IMG/VR virus record: IMGVR_UViG_3300042465_001918
Location: 1 to 63,406 of that record
Length of the DNA: 63,406 bases
DNA from: a virus
Lineage: Duplodnaviria > Caudoviricetes
Direction: 5' to 3' (one strand)
The first letter of the stretch is position 1, and every line of letters begins with the position of its first letter. Under the pieces are notes generated by a model. It was not told where the DNA came from. It was given only the letters and a program-made list of their open reading frames with translations, and searched no databases. Made by a program: the position numbers and the translations under genes. Positions 43,785-52,483 of this stretch are shown here, piece after piece.

Positions 43785-46126
43785 GGTGATTTCCTTAGTT
43801 TGGCGACTTCAATAGCTGTTTTGTCTTGCTGTGCCCGAGCTTTAAGAGCAAGCTCCTGCTCCTTGATCTGTGCATCAGCCGCATTCTTTTGAGCCTTGAT
43901 CTGCACTTCGTTTTCTTTGATTGCCAAGGTTTTCTGTTGCATTTGAACAACGGGATCTTCTGCCTGTTTCTGGATTTCTTGCTGTGCAGCCTGCGCTTGA
44001 TTCTGTTGAAGAAGCTGCTGAGATGCCTGCGCCAGCATTTTTGACAGAGCAATTTCGATCTCTGGTGGCAACTGTTCTCCCTCTGGAGGCAGCGGCATAC
44101 CGAGTTGTTGTTCGATCTTCTGGCGATAACCAAAGCCAACGTGCTCTGCAATATGGGCCATGGCTGCGGCTTGAATGGCCCCGGCTCTTGGGTTTTGTCC
44201 AATCAATTCCATGATGATTGGATCTTGCATCGCAGACGTATGAACCTGAATATGGGCTTGGTGGTCCTGATGCTGGAAGGCTTTGACGGGTTTGCCCTTG
44301 AGCAGGTTTTGGTTCTCAGAGACCGGATCTGTCGGTTTCTGGTCTTCGTCCAGAGGAACGAGCTTGTCCGCATTCTTAATTCCCAGAACATCCAACATAC
44401 CCCTGTGTAGTTTGGGCAGGTCGTAGATGTCCGGGGCGGATGCGGCCAACTGAATAACCGCCTGATACTGCACCACCCGTTGTGAAAGAGTGGCTGCGTT
44501 GGGGTCGCTGACGGGCAGGATGTCTACATGGCGGTAGTCGCCACGCTTGGCCCTCGGGCCTTTCTCGCCGTCCGGCTCGTAGGTGTACTCGTCATCGGTG
44601 TAGTCCCGAATGATCACCGCCAAGAGTTGTAGCTCCTGCTTCAGGGCAAAGTGGACCCGCGCCTGAACTGCGGTCATGACCTTGAGTTGCCTCTCGAGCA
44701 ACGCCAGAGTCGAACCCACGGGTGCGTTGGCGCCCATGTCGCTGATCTTCATGTCTGCGGTGGCGGCGAACCGGCGGCCCTCTTCCACAATGGTGTTCAG
44801 CAGCGACATCAGAACCTGACTCGGCTCTTTGTAAGGCAGCGGCAAGATGTTGTCGCGGATTGTTCCGGAGCCTACATCCACGTCACGGAACTCGCCCGGG
44901 GCAATCGGGGTATCGTCCCCCTTAATCCGCAGACCACGGGATTTAAGACCGCCCGGAAGGTTGGACAGGGTACCTGCGTCTATCAATTGACGCATCAAGC
45001 TGGTGGCAGAGTTTGCAAACCCGCCAATCAGGTGAAACAAACCAAAGCCATACGCCCCAAAGCCGGGGATGTATTGGTAGTGGACGAAGTGCTGGCGCTT
45101 GAGGTGAAGGCTGTCTTCCTCTTCCCAGTTGCGCCGGATCGCCAGAACAGTATTGGTTCCGCGAATGAAAGTAACTACATACGGAAGAGCAATACCAGTG
45201 GGTTCGTCATCATCATCCTTGTCGCACAAGGGATCGTCTTTGATGCACAGCTTGACATGGCTTTCGCAGAGCGTGAAGCGCTCGTCGTTTAAATCAGCAA
45301 AGCCAGTCTCTTTGTCCTTGGCCTTGTTGATCTCATCAATCGCCCGGTCAGGATTGCCAATGTCTACATCGCAGTAGAACCCTGCTTGTTGTAGCTCCAT
45401 GATCTCGTTCTTGGTCTTGCGCATGACATGCGTGACCCGGTAGCAACTCTGGATGTCTGAGGTTCCGTAGGGAAGATAGATGTCCTCCGCCGGGATGAAA
45501 ATCGAAGTTTGACGGCCAATGCTTGGGTCGAAATAGACCTTCTTGAAGGCCGAGCCGGTGGCCGGAAGGCTCCACAACATGCGTTCATGCTCTGGTCGGA
45601 ACTCCTGCATGACCTCCGTCAGTTGGAAGTTCATGTCATCCTGCACCCTTTGAGCGGCCTCTTTCTTCTCGGGGGTGTCCTTGCCCATAATTTTTGTACG
45701 TACAGGACCCTGCGCCGGGAAGGTTTCGGTGATAGTTTCCGACTGAAAGCGGACCACTGCCTCGGTGATCATCGGGTGGAATACCCCGGAGGCACCATCC
45801 CACGGCTCAGTGCGCTCTTCAATCTGTAGGCCCAGAAGCTTCAGGCCGGTGACATACGCCTTTTCCCATTCCTTGCGGGAGTTCTTGTCATTGTCAATGT
45901 CGCTTGCCAGATCACTAACCAACATAGACATAGCGCCATCTGGAAGATACTCGGCGAGGTTGGCGTCAAAATCATCAACGCTAGGCTCGCCCTTCTCGAT
46001 GCTGATCTCAAGATCGCCAGCTTGGATATTGACCGCCTCGGGGTCAATGATCTCAATCTCAATGGCCTCCTCTTCAGCGGCCTCCATGGGTTGCTGGTAG
46101 AGGGCCTTGTCAATATTGGTTGCCAT
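43781..46126 (-). CDS. Portal protein
   Basis: 781 aa after TerL; EPWDGASGVFHP, GSAFKKVYFD, LIDAGTLSNLPGG; Q-rich barrel end. Confidence 0.88.
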   Translation of the reverse strand: MATNIDKALYQQPMEAAEEEAIEIEIIDPEAVNIQAGDLEISIEKGEPSVDDFDANLAEYLPDGAMSMLVSDLASDIDNDKNSRKEWEKAYVTGLKLLGLQIEERTEPWDGASGVFHPMITEAVVRFQSETITETFPAQGPVRTKIMGKDTPEKKEAAQRVQDDMNFQLTEVMQEFRPEHERMLWSLPATGSAFKKVYFDPSIGRQTSIFIPAEDIYLPYGTSDIQSCYRVTHVMRKTKNEIMELQQAGFYCDVDIGNPDRAIDEINKAKDKETGFADLNDERFTLCESHVKLCIKDDPLCDKDDDDEPTGIALPYVVTFIRGTNTVLAIRRNWEEEDSLHLKRQHFVHYQYIPGFGAYGFGLFHLIGGFANSATSLMRQLIDAGTLSNLPGGLKSRGLRIKGDDTPIAPGEFRDVDVGSGTIRDNILPLPYKEPSQVLMSLLNTIVEEGRRFAATADMKISDMGANAPVGSTLALLERQLKVMTAVQARVHFALKQELQLLAVIIRDYTDDEYTYEPDGEKGPRAKRGDYRHVDILPVSDPNAATLSQRVVQYQAVIQLAASAPDIYDLPKLHRGMLDVLGIKNADKLVPLDEDQKPTDPVSENQNLLKGKPVKAFQHQDHQAHIQVHTSAMQDPIIMELIGQNPRAGAIQAAAMAHIAEHVGFGYRQKIEQQLGMPLPPEGEQLPPEIEIALSKMLAQASQQLLQQNQAQAAQQEIQKQAEDPVVQMQQKTLAIKENEVQIKAQKNAADAQIKEQELALKARAQQDKTAIEVAKLRKSP

Positions 46127-46135
46127 AGATATTCC

Positions 46136-47626
46136 TTAGTAATACGCAGCTTTGCGGCGAAAGCTTGGTTGATCTTCTTCATCGCTCTCGAGGCTTATAA
46201 AGCCCCCGCGCCTAAATCTCAGTAACGCTTGGCTGGTTGAGTCAACAAGGTCGTCGTTGTCGCCGTTGGGGAACGCGGCAAGCTCTTCCATCAACTCATC
46301 TGCCCATCTGGTGTCTGGACACCAAACCACGCCCGACGAAAAAAGATCGGAAATGGCGTTTACACGCGCAATCTTATCGCTTCCTTTGCCCGGTGTATAT
46401 TCCGAAAGAGGAACACCTATCTGGCGAAGCTCATAAATGAGGGGGGCACCTGCGGCTTTTTTCTCAACGATCAGGGTGTCCGGCTCCCACTCCTGATAAA
46501 GCTCAAGCGCTTTCTGTTTGAGTTCAGGAAACTCCATCCGGGCCTTGAAGGAGTCCAAACAGATGATATTGGTGCGGTTTTCGCCCTGATTGTTGGGGTG
46601 GTCGAAGACCCCCCACGTTGTGCAAGCTGAATAGTCTGCGCGGTTTGACTTCTCGAAGGCTGTATCCCAGCTTTGAATGACGTAGTCACAGATAGGAGGG
46701 GTCTCGGACTCCCAGATCTTCCACATATCGCGCTTGATGATCGCGTTTCCCTCGGATGTGGGGTTCTGTTGGTACTGCGCCTCCCATTTGGCGACAGGAA
46801 TCTCCGCTTTGATGGCCTCAAGCTCTTCTTTTTTCCAAAATCCGGGCCACAAAGGGGTGCCCGAAGGCAAAATAGCCGGGAACTCAATCACTTCCCAGTC
46901 GTTTACACCGTCTTTTTCGGAATTCTTGAGGATGGCGCCGGTCAGATCTCTCTTGGCCCACCGGGTCATCACAATAATGATGGCTCCACCGGGCTGTAAA
47001 CGCTGCCGAGGGCCAGATGTGTACCACTCATACACATTGTCAAACACCGCAGGGTTGCCTTGCTTAGCCTCCTGCTCAGAATGAGGGTCATCAATGATCA
47101 ATAGATCCGCACCCTTACCAGTGACGGCACCTCCAACACCAATAGCGAAGTAGTCCCCGCCTTTATCGGTGTTCCATCGTCCTGCGGCTTTTGAGTCAGA
47201 GGACAGCTTGGTGTCAAAGATCCGGCTGTAGGTCTCAGAAGAGACCAGATTCCTAACCTTCCGGCCAAAGCCTACGGCAAGTTCTGCGGTGTGAGCAGTC
47301 TGGATGATCTTCTTCTCCGGATACTTACCCAGAAACCAAGCTGGCAGCAGGAAGGAGGCAAACTCCGACTTAGTGTGACGGGGAGGCATGTTGATGATCA
47401 ACCGCTTCAACTCCCCCTTGGCAACGCGCTCAAAAGCGCTTGCCATGATCTGGTGGTGCTTTCCGGAAATAAACCCCGGCCACATGTGGGAGGCAAAGTA
47501 GATGAACGACTCATTGCACTTCTCAACCCTGTCGTACTCCAGAAGCATCATGATCTTGGCTCTCTCAAGCTCATCGACCATAGGGATCAACTTGTTGTAC
47601 TTCTCCACCTCCGCGCGGCTCATCAT
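46136..47626 (-). CDS. terL: Terminase large subunit
   Basis: INMPPRHTKS Walker A, LLIIDDP Walker B, QSWDTA and DDLVDS nuclease motifs. Confidence 0.95.
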   Translation of the reverse strand: MMSRAEVEKYNKLIPMVDELERAKIMMLLEYDRVEKCNESFIYFASHMWPGFISGKHHQIMASAFERVAKGELKRLIINMPPRHTKSEFASFLLPAWFLGKYPEKKIIQTAHTAELAVGFGRKVRNLVSSETYSRIFDTKLSSDSKAAGRWNTDKGGDYFAIGVGGAVTGKGADLLIIDDPHSEQEAKQGNPAVFDNVYEWYTSGPRQRLQPGGAIIIVMTRWAKRDLTGAILKNSEKDGVNDWEVIEFPAILPSGTPLWPGFWKKEELEAIKAEIPVAKWEAQYQQNPTSEGNAIIKRDMWKIWESETPPICDYVIQSWDTAFEKSNRADYSACTTWGVFDHPNNQGENRTNIICLDSFKARMEFPELKQKALELYQEWEPDTLIVEKKAAGAPLIYELRQIGVPLSEYTPGKGSDKIARVNAISDLFSSGVVWCPDTRWADELMEELAAFPNGDNDDLVDSTSQALLRFRRGGFISLESDEEDQPSFRRKAAYY

Positions 47627-47853
47627 AGCGAAGCTACTCCACGAACACTGCGGTCAACTAGCTTGATCGAATTGAACTTGTGCGGCTTGATCACAAGCAT
47701 CCCTTCATCCTGAAGGATGTGGATCACCCTGTGGATGTTCGACTTGCTCTTCAATCCCAATCCCCGAGCAATCACAGAATACGACGGCGGCACGCCGTGT
47801 AAACGTACATAAGCACGAATGAAATCAAGAACGAGTTGGTGTTTGGGACTCAT
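47623..47853 (-). CDS. LexA-type winged-HTH DNA-binding protein lacking peptidase domain
   Basis: QLVLDFIRAY...GVPPSYSVIARGLGLKSKSNIHRVIHILQDEG. Confidence 0.8.
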   Translation of the reverse strand: MSPKHQLVLDFIRAYVRLHGVPPSYSVIARGLGLKSKSNIHRVIHILQDEGMLVIKPHKFNSIKLVDRSVRGVASL

Positions 47854-47891
47854 GTTTAAACGATTGTAAACCAAGACGCGAACGTTCGCAA
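47854..47891 (-). promoter_or_regulatory. Promoter of LexA-like gene with two palindromes
   Basis: TTGCGA-17 nt-TACAAT; GCGAACGTTCGC over -35/spacer; GTTTAAAC directly before ATG. Confidence 0.65.
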
Positions 47892-48060
47892 GCCTCTTTT
47901 TGAAAAATATATATACCCCCGGGGGGTCTGGATTTGGAAGAGAAGGGGGGGGTCTGGGAAAATAGTTTCGTTTGAGCGGATTAGAGCGTATAGGGTAGAC
48001 GGGTCAGTGCCGCCGCAAAAGGCGGGTGGGGTACGGGTGGGGTGCGGCTGATGACCGATG

Positions 48061-48696
48061 TCAGGTGTTTACACGCATGGGCTTGACGTTGTCCAGTAGC
48101 TTGAGGTGACCCGACAACTCCTTGCGTAACTGCTCTGCGCTGGGTTTGTCTACAGGCTTATCGGTGGCTATCTGGAACATGCCAGCGGCTCTGCCCATCA
48201 ACTCTAGTGCTTTTAAACGACTACCTTCCTGCTTGCCTCCCTTGGTTAGTGCCAACAACTCTTTCATCACATACCGTTTGGTTGCGGCGGTATCCTCAGC
48301 CAAGACTTCGATGGTCTCACCCCAAGCGTCCTGCAATGCCTTCTGGATACGTGGATCCCTACTTAGCCTGTAGGCGCTGGACGTGATCACTTGATCTGAT
48401 CCCTTGGCGTTGGGGTATGCGTCACGGTATGCTTGCCGCATGGTCTTCCCAGCGATACAGCCCTTGGTGAATTCCATCTGGCTTGCGGTCAGTGGTTGAA
48501 TCTTCTTGTAGTCTTCTGTCCCTCTTGGCTTTCCATCGACTCTCATTACTGGAGGCTCAGCCCGTGAGGCCAACCGTTCCGCTTCGCTGATTTCCGGCCC
48601 GTCATCTTCTATGTCTGGCTCTTGCAAGTGAGCATCCTCCAGCGCTTGAAGTAGTTCGTCTTTGCTTGCCCGTCCGGCCTTCTTTGTATCAGTCAT
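48061..48696 (-). CDS. terS: Terminase small subunit
   Basis: LTASQMEF...AYRDAYP...AYRL..DPRI; RLKALELMGR..GMF; upstream of TerL. Confidence 0.75.
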   Translation of the reverse strand: MTDTKKAGRASKDELLQALEDAHLQEPDIEDDGPEISEAERLASRAEPPVMRVDGKPRGTEDYKKIQPLTASQMEFTKGCIAGKTMRQAYRDAYPNAKGSDQVITSSAYRLSRDPRIQKALQDAWGETIEVLAEDTAATKRYVMKELLALTKGGKQEGSRLKALELMGRAAGMFQIATDKPVDKPSAEQLRKELSGHLKLLDNVKPMRVNT

Positions 48697-48756
48697 GGCT
48701 TATGTCCTGTGGTTAATTACAGCCTGTTTAAACATCCAGCACCGTTCTCAGGGCAG

Positions 48757-48785
48757 AGTGTACAGGAGACGTTTAAACCTGTCCA
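48757..48785 (-). promoter_or_regulatory. Putative terS promoter with GTTTAAAC in spacer
   Basis: TGGACA-17 nt-TACACT. Confidence 0.55.
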
Positions 48786-48856
48786 TGCTACCCATGCCCC
48801 AACCCATCCCTGATCGTGCCTTGTAGGCACTTCTGCAATACTTTTGTACTAGAAAG

Positions 48857-48918
48857 TTATCCACAATTCAGTGCATAACCTTGAGTTATCCACAACCCTC
48901 TGTGGATACTGTGGATAA
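48857..48918. promoter_or_regulatory. DnaA-box cluster (candidate origin)
   Basis: TTATCCACA at 48857 and 48886; TGTGGATAA at 48910; near matches at 48870 and 48901. Confidence 0.7.
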
Positions 48919-49092
48919 GTTTCTAAGTACTTATGCATTGCACAAACCCCTGCAAGCTCGCCGTTTAAACGGTTGATACCAACCCAGCCTGTCACCCCTT
49001 CAGCGCCTTGTAGACCCTCTTACCCAGAGCATTGATCCCACTATATAGAGCGCTGACTCCACTGGCAGTGCCCCCAATGCTGGTGATCTATC

Positions 49093-49152
49093 TAAGGGTA
49101 AACCCTATTAGGGAAAGTCCCTATACACAAGCGTTTAAATGCAACCGATACT
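49093..49152 (+). promoter_or_regulatory. Two 15-bp palindromic operators plus promoter
   Basis: TAAGGGTAAACCCTA, TAGGGAAAGTCCCTA, then TACACA-17 nt-GATACT. Confidence 0.55.
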
Positions 49153-49390
49153 TGTGTTCATGGTGCTAGTAATTGCACCGCTGATCACAGCAAGCTACGA
49201 CTCCGGTCTGACGCTACCTGCCGCACGGTTTAGTTGCGGACAGTGACCTGCCCACTATAAGGTAGTTCTGAGGCGGTCTCGGTGGCAACACCCCCCAGCA
49301 ATGGGTGCAAATCAGATCTGGTTATGCCAGATACCCCAACAGGTCAGGGTAGACAAGACAACCCATCTCTCCCAATGAGAGAGTCAAAGG

Positions 49391-49414
49391 AAGCCCATCA
49401 CCGTGGGCTTTTTT
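49391..49414 (+). terminator. Intrinsic terminator
   Basis: AAGCCCA-TCACCG-TGGGCTT followed by T run. Confidence 0.7.
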
Positions 49415-49517
49415 GGACTTCGTTAACCACTCTGAAAGGCTCACCATGTTTCACATTCCAGCGCATCTCAATACCCAAACCCCTCCCGCTCAATTCAACC
49501 CAAAGTAAGGACGCACC

Positions 49518-49814
49518 ATGACTACTCGACTCACCTCCCCCCTCGCCTCCCACGTCTCATACACAAAGGAAGTCCTCGCCCGTGCCCACAGGGATTTTGC
49601 CAAGAACCCCTCTGCGACCAACTGGGACGTGCTCCAACGCGCCGCCATGACCTACCAGCAGATCGAATGGGCCAGCCGCACCCATACGATTGACCGCGAA
49701 AAGCTGGCCTTTGATATCGACTCCAACCCTATCGGCGAATGGCAAAACGTGATCTGCCGCGCCACGCTGGGCGTTGGGGTGCGTACCGCTCTGCGTGACT
49801 GTGCAACCGTTTAA
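49518..49814 (+). CDS. Early hypothetical protein
   Basis: RBS TAAGGA; 98 aa. Confidence 0.65.
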   Translation: MTTRLTSPLASHVSYTKEVLARAHRDFAKNPSATNWDVLQRAAMTYQQIEWASRTHTIDREKLAFDIDSNPIGEWQNVICRATLGVGVRTALRDCATV

Positions 49815-49830
49815 CCACTGGAGAATGACT

Positions 49831-49944
49831 ATGCTAGAACAACGCTATCAAATCTATCTGGCCCTTGCCAATGACGGCAAAGGCGGCGACATCACCAACG
49901 GTGGTGCTCCCCTCAAAACCTTTGCGGAGTGGCTTGCATCATGA
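49831..49944 (+). CDS. Small early protein (37 aa)
   Basis: MLEQRYQIYLALANDGKGGDIT...PLKTFAEWLAS; RBS GGAG; ATGA overlap. Confidence 0.55.
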   Translation: MLEQRYQIYLALANDGKGGDITNGGAPLKTFAEWLAS

Positions 49945-50186
49945 ACCATCAAGACCGCACCGCCTACGCTCAGGCGTTTAAACGCAAGGCCAGCGCCTAC
50001 GACATGGCGACATGCCGCCGTGCCATTGCTGACATTGACGCTACCCTGCTGATCCATGAGTGCCGCCAGACTGCCAATGAACCCAGCGACTACGTCACCC
50101 GCCTCTGGCTGGAGCGTGATGCCATGCTGGATCGTCAGTCTGACATCTGCCGCCAAATTGTTCGTGAACTTGAAAGTGAGGAATGA
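49941..50186 (+). CDS. Early hypothetical protein
   Basis: ATGA-coupled ORF. Confidence 0.55.
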   Translation: MNHQDRTAYAQAFKRKASAYDMATCRRAIADIDATLLIHECRQTANEPSDYVTRLWLERDAMLDRQSDICRQIVRELESEE

Positions 50187-50187
50187 C

Positions 50188-50331
50188 ATGTACGCAATTC
50201 TGACAACCATCGTAGCCGTGCTGACCATCTGCATGACCCTGCCCCTCGTTGACGGTGGCTGGCTCTTTATCGCTGGCCTCATCTGGGGCAGTGCCATGCT
50301 GGGCGGGGTCATTGCAACTGCTATCAAATAA
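50188..50331 (+). CDS. Small two-TM membrane protein
   Basis: MYAILTTIVAVLTIC...; RBS GAGGA. Confidence 0.55.
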   Translation: MYAILTTIVAVLTICMTLPLVDGGWLFIAGLIWGSAMLGGVIATAIK

Positions 50332-50333
50332 AA

Positions 50334-50362
50334 AAGACTACCCCTTTTAAACATGCTACAAT
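50334..50362 (+). promoter_or_regulatory. Extended -10 promoter
   Basis: AAGACT-17 nt-TACAAT with TGn; TTTAAAC in spacer. Confidence 0.55.
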
Positions 50363-50383
50363 TACCACTAAGGAAAAAATACC

Positions 50384-50962
50384 ATGACTACAACTAACCG
50401 TGAAGACTGGCTCAGCGCCGCCGTCTCTGAACTACGCCCATTTTTCGAGGCGGTGGGCAAGCCACTGCCAGCGAACGTACGTGTTACGTGCGGCTTCCCT
50501 AGCAATGCCAAGCGCTCCGGTGCTATTGGCGAATGCTGGGCTGACACTGCCAGCGCAGACAAGACCTTTGAGGTCTTGATCAGTCCCGTGCTGGATGACC
50601 CAACCAAGGTCTTCGAGGTATTGGTTCACGAACTCTGCCACGCCACTGCTGGCGCTATGAACCACGGGGTCAACTTCCAAAAGGTAGGCAACCTGATGCA
50701 CCTTGCCCCGTCCCCTACCAAGGCCGGATGGAAAGCCACGGGTAAGGCCGCAACCTTCGATTCGGTTTATGGCGAGATCATCAAGTCGCTTGATGCGTAC
50801 CCCCATGCCGCCCTGTCGATGACTACCAAAAAGACTCAGGGCACTCGCATGCTCAAGGCGGTCTGCCCGTCATGCGGGTACACCGTGCGACTCACCAGCA
50901 AGTGGGCGGCTCTTGGCCTACCGTCCTGCCCACAAGACGATGACATTCTTAACCTTGTTTAA
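50384..50962 (+). CDS. SprT-like zinc metalloprotease
   Basis: VLVHELCH..H..F; C-terminal CPSCGY...CP zinc finger. Confidence 0.8.
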   Translation: MTTTNREDWLSAAVSELRPFFEAVGKPLPANVRVTCGFPSNAKRSGAIGECWADTASADKTFEVLISPVLDDPTKVFEVLVHELCHATAGAMNHGVNFQKVGNLMHLAPSPTKAGWKATGKAATFDSVYGEIIKSLDAYPHAALSMTTKKTQGTRMLKAVCPSCGYTVRLTSKWAALGLPSCPQDDDILNLV

Positions 50963-50974
50963 ACGGAGTACTTT

Positions 50975-52483
50975 ATGACTGACGCACAAATCAAAATGGA
51001 AATTCTCGCACTGCCCATCGCGGTGGTGATGGCGGCATATGCGGTGCGTAGCACCACAGTGCTGAACGGTACAAATGCGGAAATCAAAAGCCAAGCCGCC
51101 GATTTTCTGGTGACAAAGGTGCGTGACGGGTCTATTGATCTGAACGCCATCAGGGGCACTGCCCCCGTGACTATCACCAACGGCGTGACGGCAATCATGG
51201 CTCAGAACGCGACACTGTCCACTGCACAAGCCGTTGTGCTGGACGGCATCACTCAGCGCCAGAGCAATGACCGCGCCCTGCTGGACTCTGTACGGGCAGT
51301 GGCAGATCGTGCCGCCAGTGACGCGCTGAAAGGGCTTAACAGCCACAACACTCTGACCCAGACCGTCAGCCGCGCCTTGGCGGCGCTGGAGCAGGACATT
51401 GAGGCCAACCGCCAGAACATAGACCGCCTTGCAGTCTCCACGGTTGATGACCGTAAGGTTGCGGCTGAGGTTGCTCTGGCCATCGACAAGGCGTTTGCCC
51501 CGTTTAAACAGTCTGTTATTGATGCTGGCGCGGAGCAGGTTATCGCCAACGGCGTGAGTGCCAAGGTGATTGGGTCTGAGACCGCCCTGAACGTGTTTGG
51601 CGTGGACGTGCGGGATGCCAAGGGCAACCCTCTAATGGTTGACATCTGGGATGCCGTGGACGCACCAGCCATTGACCCCAACTTCATTTGGACTGAGGGC
51701 ATCATCAAGCACCTGTTGCTGTCGCAGAACACGGGCGAAAACCTGTGGTTTGGCGGTGAAAAAGGGACTGGAAAGAGCGAGACCGCCCGTCAGTTTGCCG
51801 CCAAAACAGGCCGCGCCTACACCCGCATCAACTTCCACAAGTACACCACTTCGGAAGACTACGCTGGTTCTGTTGGCCTTGAGAATGGCAATACGGTGTT
51901 TAAACGTGGTGCTTTTCTGACCGCCTTTGCTTCGCCTTCGACTGTGATTTTGCTGGACGAGATTTCCAACTGCGATAGTGGAGAACTGGCAACGCTTAAC
52001 GGTATGCTGGAGGTGAATTCAGCCGTCAACTACGGGGGTCAGGTTCACCGCCGTGCGGCTGGTGTACTGGTGTTCGCCGCTGACAACACCTTGACGAACG
52101 GTGATCAGTCTGGACGCTACGCTGGCACTCGCCAGATGAATTCCTCGCTGGCTGATCGTTTCTCTCGCGTCATTCGCTTTGAGTACCTGTCCAAGGCTGA
52201 CGAGGTGACTGCGCTGGTGAGGCATACCCAATGCAATGAATTGCTGGCTGGGCACGTTGTGGATGCCATCAATGCCGCCCGTGCCAAGGTGGAGACCGGA
52301 GACGTTATCGATGCACCTTCGATCCGCTCTGCCATTGCCTTTATCCGCGCACTGAACGTGCTGTCTGTTGACGAGGCTTGGGCCTCAGCAGTGACCGCCC
52401 GTCAGCCTAGCGAAAGTGCCGCCGCTCTTGATTCGATCAAAGCGGCTTACCTCAACCCTGCTCAAATTGAGAAATGGATCTGA
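50975..52483 (+). CDS. MoxR/CobS/CbbQ-type AAA+ ATPase
   Basis: GEKGTGKS, ILLDE, AADNT, YAGTRQMNSSLADRF. Confidence 0.88.
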   Translation: MTDAQIKMEILALPIAVVMAAYAVRSTTVLNGTNAEIKSQAADFLVTKVRDGSIDLNAIRGTAPVTITNGVTAIMAQNATLSTAQAVVLDGITQRQSNDRALLDSVRAVADRAASDALKGLNSHNTLTQTVSRALAALEQDIEANRQNIDRLAVSTVDDRKVAAEVALAIDKAFAPFKQSVIDAGAEQVIANGVSAKVIGSETALNVFGVDVRDAKGNPLMVDIWDAVDAPAIDPNFIWTEGIIKHLLLSQNTGENLWFGGEKGTGKSETARQFAAKTGRAYTRINFHKYTTSEDYAGSVGLENGNTVFKRGAFLTAFASPSTVILLDEISNCDSGELATLNGMLEVNSAVNYGGQVHRRAAGVLVFAADNTLTNGDQSGRYAGTRQMNSSLADRFSRVIRFEYLSKADEVTALVRHTQCNELLAGHVVDAINAARAKVETGDVIDAPSIRSAIAFIRALNVLSVDEAWASAVTARQPSESAAALDSIKAAYLNPAQIEKWI

